From an uncultured Desulfobulbia bacterium (GTDB lineage: Bacteria; Desulfobacterota; Desulfobulbia; Desulfobulbales; CAZDYX01), in NCBI GenBank assembly GCA_964509775.1, contig CAZDYX010000002.1, positions 5,076 through 46,149 on the forward strand: 41,074 bases of DNA. The letters run 5' to 3'. Below the pieces are notes generated by a model. That model was not told where the DNA came from. It saw only the letters and a list, made by a program, of their open reading frames with translations, and ran no database searches. How positions within the stretch are numbered: the first letter of the stretch is position 1; each line of letters begins with the position of its first letter. The translations under genes and the position numbers were made by a program. Shown piece after piece: positions 25,441-33,013 of the stretch.

Positions 25441-27204
25441 CTATTCAATCTTCGTTTCGGCAGGAGGCAAGAAAATCACCAGATCGTCGTTCTCAAAAGT
25501 CTTGAGAAATCTTTCATCTGATCGCAAATCAACAGTAAATTTATATGGATACACCCCCAAATTGGTGATTTTCTCATCGACATGGGCGATCAAATGTTTC
25601 TTCACAATTATTGCCCCGACACCGTACTGCCGAAGCATCTCAAGCCGCTTGTCATTATCTCCCCGCCAAAAATCACGAAGCTGGTAGCCCAAATACCATT
25701 CATGGGTTGCTGGGAATAAGCGGTAATTCCCCTCTGGGTACATAAAGATAGTTGCAGGCTTTGGTGGATTTATTTTAAGGAACTCTATGCCTGCCAGAAT
25801 ACCAGGTGATACATTCCGCAAGAGGTACGTCTTATTAAACACATAGCCACCCTGCAGCAATGATAAAATTGCAGCAACGGCGAGTAATATTTTAGTTTTG
25901 GGGAGAAACATCGCCCGTTCCGCCAAAGGAAGCAGCAGAAAAGGTAAACCGGGCAAGAAAAAACGAGCATCCGGCGCAGTTCTTGTGAAATAACCAGTGA
26001 GGAAAACAAACGAACCACCAACAAACAGCAACCATATGGCACTGTTATCATTTTTGTTTACCCTTTGGCGCTTTCCCACCAGAGCACCGATCATCCCAGC
26101 TATTAACACTAGCCACAACAACAGCCCACCGTAGACAAGATAGTTTTCCTTCAAGCGGAGATCACCAGGATGGTTGGCGATGATGGTCGGGGCGGTTTCC
26201 GGCGATGGCGAATTGCCATATTGACTGGCTGCCGCAGTGCTTCTTTCAACAATCCTGGTCACCGGCTCGATGTCCACCTTGGGGGATAAGGCGAGAATAC
26301 GGTTTTTGATTACCGTCAGCGCAATCTCCAATTTCTCCTGGGGGTAGAAGGGAGCCTGGGCATAAACATTGATCGCCTTTCCCAGGACCCAAGTGCTGCC
26401 CAGCACCACCACCGCGGAAAACGACAGGGCCAACAGACCGTTTTTCCAACTCCCTTTTTTCATCTCCCAAAAGAGGAGCATGAGGAAAAATGCCGGAAAA
26501 AAGAGCACCGCAGTCACTTTAAAACCCACGGCCAGAGCCATGAAGCAGGAAGCCCAGAGCCAGCGCCGCCGGTTCAGCAGCAAGAAGGCAGTCAGCACCT
26601 GCGCAGTCATCGGCACATCTTGGTAGAAGGCCACCGAGAAAAGCAGGCAGAGGGGCAAAGAGGCCAGGGTAAGCACATAGAGCAGAGCCGCCCGAGACTC
26701 CACCCCTCCACGACTTCGGGCGAGAAGGTAGGCGATGATAAGCAGCTGCAGCAGGAAGAAGGCCTGGTAAAGCTGTACTCCGTAAAAGGAACCTCCCGTG
26801 ATCAAATGCGCTAAAGCCCCGAGATAATGCCAGCCAAAGGAGTGGGGGTAGCGTCGGGTCTCAACGCCCCCGGAGGCCATCGGAATGTCGGCATAGAAAT
26901 TGGGCTGAGAGATATCCTGCGCCTGCTTGACCAACATATAATAGTGGGTGACCTCATCGCCGATCATCGCCTGGGGAGTGGCAAAACCAACGGCAACGAC
27001 AGCAACAAAGGCGGCGATGATCACCAAAGGTGCGCCTACCCTGGTGCCTCGCAGTTGGAGCAACATTTCCTTTTTGCTTAGTCGAGAACGAAACTCCCAG
27101 AGGGTGGCGAGAATGAGTACGCAGAGCAACGCCGCAAGAAAGGCGAGCATCAACTTGGGTAGGGAGCCCAGCCAGCGCTGGATAAATTCAGCCAAGGAAG
27201 TCAT
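25441..27204 (-). CDS. GT-C-fold membrane glycosyltransferase (ArnT/PMT-like)
   Basis: 587 aa with about 12 hydrophobic segments. An acidic DE motif (IGDEVTHYYM, D83-E84 at 26953..26958) sits in the loop after TM2, and a K/R-rich TM1-TM2 loop implies that the DE loop is periplasmic. There is a soluble C-terminal domain of about 130 aa. Confidence 0.55.
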   Translation of the reverse strand: MTSLAEFIQRWLGSLPKLMLAFLAALLCVLILATLWEFRSRLSKKEMLLQLRGTRVGAPLVIIAAFVAVVAVGFATPQAMIGDEVTHYYMLVKQAQDISQPNFYADIPMASGGVETRRYPHSFGWHYLGALAHLITGGSFYGVQLYQAFFLLQLLIIAYLLARSRGGVESRAALLYVLTLASLPLCLLFSVAFYQDVPMTAQVLTAFLLLNRRRWLWASCFMALAVGFKVTAVLFFPAFFLMLLFWEMKKGSWKNGLLALSFSAVVVLGSTWVLGKAINVYAQAPFYPQEKLEIALTVIKNRILALSPKVDIEPVTRIVERSTAAASQYGNSPSPETAPTIIANHPGDLRLKENYLVYGGLLLWLVLIAGMIGALVGKRQRVNKNDNSAIWLLFVGGSFVFLTGYFTRTAPDARFFLPGLPFLLLPLAERAMFLPKTKILLAVAAILSLLQGGYVFNKTYLLRNVSPGILAGIEFLKINPPKPATIFMYPEGNYRLFPATHEWYLGYQLRDFWRGDNDKRLEMLRQYGVGAIIVKKHLIAHVDEKITNLGVYPYKFTVDLRSDERFLKTFENDDLVIFLPPAETKIE

Positions 27205-27250
27205 TGAGAAAGAAATATCCAGGAGTACGATGGAATGTGGTGCTGCGCAA

Positions 27251-28207
27251 TCATAGCTTTTTTTGCTCGGCTTCGATCATGGCGGCGATGATTTCTTCAA
27301 GGGCATAACAAGCCTTCCATTCCATTACCGCATAGGCCCGCCTCGGATCCCCAAAGCCAAGGGAAATATCTGAAGGCCGGAAAAGGTTGTGGTCTATCTC
27401 CACATGATTATGCCAATCGAGGGCCAGAGTGCTAAAGGAGAGACTGATAAACTCTTCGAGTTTTCTTGCCTTGCCGGTTGCAATGACCAGATCTTCAGGG
27501 TGTGGCAACTGGAGCATGCGCCACATGGCATCGACGTATTCCGGAGCCCAGCCCCAATCCCTGGAAATGGAAATATTGCCCAGTTGCAACTTCTCGTTGC
27601 TGCCGGCAGCAATACGCACCGCCGTGGAGATGATCTTACGGGTCACAAACCGTTGCGGGCGAAGGGGGGATTCATGATTGAACAGGATACCGGTGCAGGC
27701 AAAGAGGCCATAGGCCTCACGATAATTAGCAACAATCCAGTGGGCCGAAGCCTTGGCCACCGCATACGGACTCTGCGGATGAAAGGGGGTGGTCTCGGTT
27801 GCCGGCTCTCCATGGGTATCACCAAAAACCTCGCTTGACCCGGCATTATAGAACTTTATGTCCTTGCCAATAAACCGTATCGCCTCAAGCAGGTTGAGCA
27901 CCCCGATGCTGATGCTCTCCAAGGTCTCGACCGGTTGCTCAAAGGATAATCCCACTGAGCTTTGTCCGGCGAGATTGTAGATTTCGTCTGGAGCAACCTG
28001 TTGAATCGCCTGGAGAACACTGCGAAAATCGTTGATCGCTAAAGAAAGCGTATGCACTCTTGCTCGTATTCCAAGAATATGGAGATTGGCAAACGAGGAC
28101 ATCTGCGCATCCCGTGAAGCCCCAAATACCGTGTATCCCTTGTCGAGCAGAAGTTTTGCCAGATAGGCGCCGTCTTGTCCGGAAACTCCGCAGATCAGTG
28201 CTCTCAT
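27251..28207 (-). CDS. gmd: GDP-mannose 4,6-dehydratase
   Basis: ALICGVSGQDGAYLAKLLLDKGYTVFG, GSSEVFG, SPYAVAKASAHW (YxxxK) and ILFNHESPLRPQRFVTRKI are collinear with short-form Gmd. It has an ATGA overlap with the upstream GT4. Confidence 0.9.
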   Translation of the reverse strand: MRALICGVSGQDGAYLAKLLLDKGYTVFGASRDAQMSSFANLHILGIRARVHTLSLAINDFRSVLQAIQQVAPDEIYNLAGQSSVGLSFEQPVETLESISIGVLNLLEAIRFIGKDIKFYNAGSSEVFGDTHGEPATETTPFHPQSPYAVAKASAHWIVANYREAYGLFACTGILFNHESPLRPQRFVTRKIISTAVRIAAGSNEKLQLGNISISRDWGWAPEYVDAMWRMLQLPHPEDLVIATGKARKLEEFISLSFSTLALDWHNHVEIDHNLFRPSDISLGFGDPRRAYAVMEWKACYALEEIIAAMIEAEQKKL

Positions 28208-29361
28208 TGGGTTGTGATCCTTTTGCTTAAGACGTTGTTGAAGACTGCAAACATTTGCTCAGCCGCTTGTTTCCAGGTGAAAGATGCCGCCCATTGCCTG
28301 GCCATGCCGACCTGGTGTTGTCGGCTACCAGTGTCAAGTTGCAGAACATGGATGATATTTTCAGCCACACACTCAGCACTCAACTCCTCGAAACGAAAGG
28401 CATGTTTTCCGCCAACTTCGGCGAGTGAGGCCTCGTTTGATGTCAACACCGGCGTCCCGGCGAGCATCGCCTCCACCACCGGCAAGCCGAAACCTTCATA
28501 GGCCGAGGGCAGGACAAACATGTCCGCACCATGATAGAGATGTTGCAATGATCTCAATGGTATTCCCTGATTAAAACGCAGGTATCTCGCCGGATTATTC
28601 AGGCGTTTGAGCGCTGCTTCGATTTTCGCTTCACCACGCCGTGCTTTGCCGACGATGACCAGGTGGTGGGGAATACTCTTCTCGACAAGAGTAAAAGCCT
28701 CTACGAGAAGATCGAGCTTTTTGTGGGGGTAGCTGTGCGCAACCGAGAGAATGAAGGGGCGAGGGATTGAGAGTTGCGAGAGAGTTTGCGCTACTTCTTG
28801 TTCGTTATGTTCACAGGCAAAGGAAGAATCGACGCCGAGAAGGTGTGAAAAGGTTTTCTCAGCACCTGCAAATTTGTGGCGAATAATCTCCTGGCGCGAA
28901 AACTCCGAGATGGCTAAGACGGCGTTGCTCCAACGACAGGCCCCACGTACCAGGAAGTCGAGGGTGACCCTTTCCAGCCAGCTCATATCTTCCGGATAGC
29001 GCTTATATTGCAGATCGCAAACGGTGACGACTTGGGGGCAGCGGCAATAAAAGGGCGCAGTATACCCAGGTGACCACAGCAGATCGATGCGGTGTCTGCC
29101 AACCACCAGGGGCAACAGCGTCTGCTCAAGAATTATCCGCAACGGCCTCCTTGCTGCAGAAAAATTCAAAGAGACACAGGTAACGTTGGTGTTATCTCTA
29201 AAAATCTCGGCAAAAAGAGTGGTGTTTTCCTTATTGGTGAGCAACACGAACTCCACCTCGGGGAAGGTGGCAACAGCGGCGCGCAAGGTCTCCCTGACGT
29301 AGGTTTCCGTTCCCCCAACATCTCCAGGTACCAGGAACAGCGTGTTGACTCCAAGCCTCAT
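28204..29361 (-). CDS. Glycosyltransferase family 4
   Basis: LPSAYEGFGLPVVEAMLAGTPVLTSNEASLAEVGG. The ATG at 29361 (MRLGVNTLFLVPGDVGGTETY) is in an ATGA overlap with the upstream GT2 stop. The track start at 29433 is a TTG. Confidence 0.85.
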   Translation of the reverse strand: MRLGVNTLFLVPGDVGGTETYVRETLRAAVATFPEVEFVLLTNKENTTLFAEIFRDNTNVTCVSLNFSAARRPLRIILEQTLLPLVVGRHRIDLLWSPGYTAPFYCRCPQVVTVCDLQYKRYPEDMSWLERVTLDFLVRGACRWSNAVLAISEFSRQEIIRHKFAGAEKTFSHLLGVDSSFACEHNEQEVAQTLSQLSIPRPFILSVAHSYPHKKLDLLVEAFTLVEKSIPHHLVIVGKARRGEAKIEAALKRLNNPARYLRFNQGIPLRSLQHLYHGADMFVLPSAYEGFGLPVVEAMLAGTPVLTSNEASLAEVGGKHAFRFEELSAECVAENIIHVLQLDTGSRQHQVGMARQWAASFTWKQAAEQMFAVFNNVLSKRITTQ

Positions 29362-30170
29362 GCCTTGCTTTTCCTCTTTTCCTGCAACAGACGAAGATTT
29401 TCCATGGCCGAGTATGCCCCGACAATGCCCCAACGAACTACGTGGTGCAAGAGAACCTGGGTTTTCCAGGGCCCAAGCTCGGCCTTGACCGAATCCAGTT
29501 CTTCTTTAAACTGGGTTCGAAAATTCTGTCCGCTGATAGATTGCTGATGCCACCTAAACGCCGCCACCGGTCCACCCGGCACCACGGCCCCCGCACCACT
29601 TTGCCACAGGCGGAGCATGAAGTCATAATCCCAGGCAGCAACGAAATCTTCCCGTAACGGTGCAGCGTTCTGCAAGGCATGGCTGCTGAAAAAAAGTGCC
29701 GGCTGGGAAATATAGTTGATGCACTGAAAGGTAAAACGGCAACTCACTGGAAAAAACATCTCTTTGAACCGCGTAATCATTTGGCGGATTTCCATGCCAT
29801 TTTCATCAATGATCGGGCACTTGCCAAAACACAAGGCAAGGCCCGGATTGTTTGTAAACACCTCCGCGACCCGAGTTAAGGCCCCGGGGAAATAGCGATC
29901 ATCACTATTGAGCCAGGAAACGACATCACCACAAGCCAGGGCAAAACCTTTGTTGATGGCATTGGCCGGGCCGCTATCCTTTTCCACCACCAGGTGGGTG
30001 ATATGCTCGCCAAACCCCTCAACGATAGCAAGGGAGTTATCGGTACTCTGCCCATCGATGACTATTATCTCGACATCGACATTGAGAGACTTTTGCTCGA
30101 CGATGCTCGCCAACGCCTCTCCGAGAAAGCGTTCTCCATTATAGTTGGCGGTGATAACACTAAATTTCAT
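29358..30170 (-). CDS. Glycosyltransferase family 2
   Basis: MKFSVITANYNGERFLGEALASIVEQKSLNVDVEIIVIDGQSTDNS. The ATG at 30170 is in an ATGA overlap with the upstream stop. Confidence 0.85.
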   Translation of the reverse strand: MKFSVITANYNGERFLGEALASIVEQKSLNVDVEIIVIDGQSTDNSLAIVEGFGEHITHLVVEKDSGPANAINKGFALACGDVVSWLNSDDRYFPGALTRVAEVFTNNPGLALCFGKCPIIDENGMEIRQMITRFKEMFFPVSCRFTFQCINYISQPALFFSSHALQNAAPLREDFVAAWDYDFMLRLWQSGAGAVVPGGPVAAFRWHQQSISGQNFRTQFKEELDSVKAELGPWKTQVLLHHVVRWGIVGAYSAMENLRLLQEKRKSKA

Positions 30171-32320
30171 GGAGTTAAGGCCAAACCTTTTCGGACACGT
30201 CGCATCCGTTGACAATCGAGGACGATGAGGGGAATAAGCACAAAACCACCAAGATAGGCGAAGTAATAGTACCGCCAGTTCATGACATCAATGAACAGCA
30301 AAGTCAACACCTGCACGAGAATAAAACCGGAAAAAATTGCCGTAGCCGGCAGGCGGAGACAAAACACAATAGCCAAAGGATAAAGCGCCAGCGCATGAAG
30401 GTGATTCCAGGTGAAGTACACCCAGGGCAGGTCATACGATTTATGATAGAGCCACATGGCAAGGCTGGTCAGCCACGGCAGAACATTTCCAGGTTGTGCA
30501 TAGCCAAATGCATCGCTCCAGCCGACATGTTGCAAGAAACCATAGGAAGACCTGTCTGATAGAAAGTAATGCCATAGATCCCACCCACGCTGTTTTTGAG
30601 TGACGTCAAATATTCCCCAGTAATTCTGCCACATCCTTTCGAGCGTATCTAATGGCGAAGCATGGAGCTTGCTGCTAATATAGTGCCAAGCCTGTGTAAT
30701 TGTGTAGTTGCCGAGGTCTTGCAGGAACCATAGTGCTATCCCCACACAACCAGCACCAAGCAGACTCCCGGGAATTATCCAACGCTGTATCATCTCTTTG
30801 TACTGGGAGAAGCGGAGACAAACTAGCGCCAGAGGGACGATGAGGAGATAGATCAACCCGTTATGGCGAGTAAAGGCGAGAGCGAACAAAAGGAGAAGAA
30901 GGGCAAATTTCACTTCAAGAGAGAGTGGCTTTCTTGGTTGGGATTTTCTCCAATACACTTCCACAACAATCCATCCCCACAAGACGATGAGGACAGCAAA
31001 AGGGATGTCTTTCCATAAGGCAACATTATACAAACCAACCGGTAGCGAGAGAACAGCCAAGGCAAAGAATGGAACTGCTACCAGCAAACTCAGCCCATGC
31101 CGCACCATTCTGTAAAAAATAACCGCCAGCACCCCAGAAACAATCACGATATGAAAGATGACCACCCCGGCAATATTATTCCACAACCCGGAAAGATAGC
31201 GATAAAGAACAACATTGAGCAGAGGGTGATCGTTGATGACAATTTCCGGAAGCAGTGCGGCTCGCCAAATCTTCAATGAATCAACCGACATTACCCCCGG
31301 CCAAAAGGCCAGTAGCCAAATGGAGAAGAAGGCGGCTCCGCTCACCCACATCAGCCAGAAGGCCTTACGGGGCCCGGAAAAAAGACCACCACTCTCTCGG
31401 CAACGCCTGATAAAACGAAGACAGGCAGTAAGCATCCATGTGGTCAGGGCGGCAAAAACAAGCTGCAGGAGGAAGCGGCTGGGATGGTAATAGCGGTACT
31501 GAATCTCGCTGACCCCTGAGAAGCCAATCTTGTCCAGGCCGAGCGAAGCCCCGCCATGAAGAAGCCGTTCGCCACGGTCATGAACGATCGTGACCTGTTC
31601 GAGCGACAGCGGTTTGCTCGGGTGTCCATTGGCGAGCAAAAGGGTTTTGGCCTTATAGCGAGGCATAGCCATGCGCAGACTGAAGCTTGTGTCTTCCCTG
31701 ACCAGCCAATATTGGAAGGTGCGGGATTTTGCTTCGATATTGGCAATAAACAAATCTTCGTACGAAGAGCGACCATCAAAGAGCAACTCGACTACTCCGG
31801 AGTTGTTGTTGGTCGCCATTTCAATGGCTACAGTCTCGGTTGCGGCAATATCGAAGCTAACATGCTGACCTTCCTGAAAAAGCCTGATCGACCTACCATC
31901 TTGCCCCCTTTCACCATTGGTTTCCAGGGAGGAAAGATCGAGGCGCTTTCCATCGACATGGATCTTTGCACATTCCACCTCGGGACTCATGGAGGCGCCG
32001 TTTTTCTTGCCGGTAAAGCGAATAGACACCCTGTGCAGACCACCATCTTCTGGATTCTTATGAAGAACAAACCTTCTCGCCTCATACGTATTAAAACCGG
32101 ACCCACTATCCCAGAGGACATTGACAATCCCGTCGCCTTCCGGAGCGGCGCCTTTGATGTGAAGTTCTGCAGGGGCGTACCAGCGGGTGGAAAAGAACCA
32201 GAGGAGTGAAACCATGAATACCAACACCACCCCGCAAAAGTAGGCTGTTCTCCTCGTAGCCGCTTGCGAGGACTGCTTCGTCTTAGGGGGAGATAAATTT
32301 TGGGGTGTTTTTTGATCCAT
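30167..32320 (-). CDS. Polytopic membrane protein with an N-terminal extracytoplasmic domain (possible GT-C-type transferase or polymerase)
   Basis: 717 aa. It has one N-terminal TM segment, then a soluble beta-rich segment of about 250 aa, then at least 10 hydrophobic segments. The first loop of the polytopic part contains WPGVMSVDSLKIW. No family was recognised with confidence. Confidence 0.6.
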   Translation of the reverse strand: MDQKTPQNLSPPKTKQSSQAATRRTAYFCGVVLVFMVSLLWFFSTRWYAPAELHIKGAAPEGDGIVNVLWDSGSGFNTYEARRFVLHKNPEDGGLHRVSIRFTGKKNGASMSPEVECAKIHVDGKRLDLSSLETNGERGQDGRSIRLFQEGQHVSFDIAATETVAIEMATNNNSGVVELLFDGRSSYEDLFIANIEAKSRTFQYWLVREDTSFSLRMAMPRYKAKTLLLANGHPSKPLSLEQVTIVHDRGERLLHGGASLGLDKIGFSGVSEIQYRYYHPSRFLLQLVFAALTTWMLTACLRFIRRCRESGGLFSGPRKAFWLMWVSGAAFFSIWLLAFWPGVMSVDSLKIWRAALLPEIVINDHPLLNVVLYRYLSGLWNNIAGVVIFHIVIVSGVLAVIFYRMVRHGLSLLVAVPFFALAVLSLPVGLYNVALWKDIPFAVLIVLWGWIVVEVYWRKSQPRKPLSLEVKFALLLLLFALAFTRHNGLIYLLIVPLALVCLRFSQYKEMIQRWIIPGSLLGAGCVGIALWFLQDLGNYTITQAWHYISSKLHASPLDTLERMWQNYWGIFDVTQKQRGWDLWHYFLSDRSSYGFLQHVGWSDAFGYAQPGNVLPWLTSLAMWLYHKSYDLPWVYFTWNHLHALALYPLAIVFCLRLPATAIFSGFILVQVLTLLFIDVMNWRYYYFAYLGGFVLIPLIVLDCQRMRRVRKGLALTP

Positions 32321-32523
32321 TCCTGCTCTTAATTTCCACCCGAAAAACGTTTGGTGGAAACGTCATATCCAGTCCTCAGCCTGTTACCGGCCGCTTTTCG
32401 CTAGAAGTTTCTCTCCAGACCCGTTAATTATCCGGAACCATGAGTTTTTGAAACACCGTCCGGCAACGGGCACACTTCTCTTCTTAGACGTTTCTCCCCA
32501 AAGGAGGGAAATTTGAAGTCGTC

Positions 32524-32922
32524 TTACCAAGCTTTTTTCACAAATTTCCCGGTGAAAATTCTTCTCTCCTGTTGGCTGCTCATCACCGTTGTTGCCCTCG
32601 CCGCCCCAGCATCCATCTCAATTATGTAATCGTACGAGGCTTTCAATGCCTCTCGATACCCACACAGATACGCATCCACTACATTTCTATTTTCAGGCGC
32701 CCAAATCGTTCGTACTCGGGGGTCCCTGCACGACAATTGCCGACATAATTCCAGTGTCCTGTCCTTTGAAACCTGATCGACTACCAAGTACACAGTTCCG
32801 CCTGGGTGCCGGTCAAGGACAGACAACAGCACATCAACAAAGGGATGAAAATCCATCTCCTCATTCGCCATGGGGATGACCACTGCATAGTTCCATCGCA
32901 TGATCTGAGTATTACCAACCAT
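32524..32922 (-). pseudogene. Truncated GT2 (polyprenyl-phosphate sugar synthase / Dpm1-GtrB-like) remnant
   Basis: YAVVIPMANEE...VYLVVDQVSKDRT...YDYIIEMDAG is the N-terminal half of a Dpm1/GtrB-type GT2. Similarity stops right after the DxD-type motif (about 32605), and the ORF ends 26 codons later. Only about 200 bp of non-coding DNA follows, so the C-terminal half of roughly 100 or more aa is absent. Confidence 0.6.
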
Positions 32923-33013
32923 CAGCGGAGCAGGTCACCTGAGATATTTTTTAATAATATTAAACAATTGCCTGTTGCATTTATAGCAATCGCTGACAGA
33001 GCTTTTCCCACCG

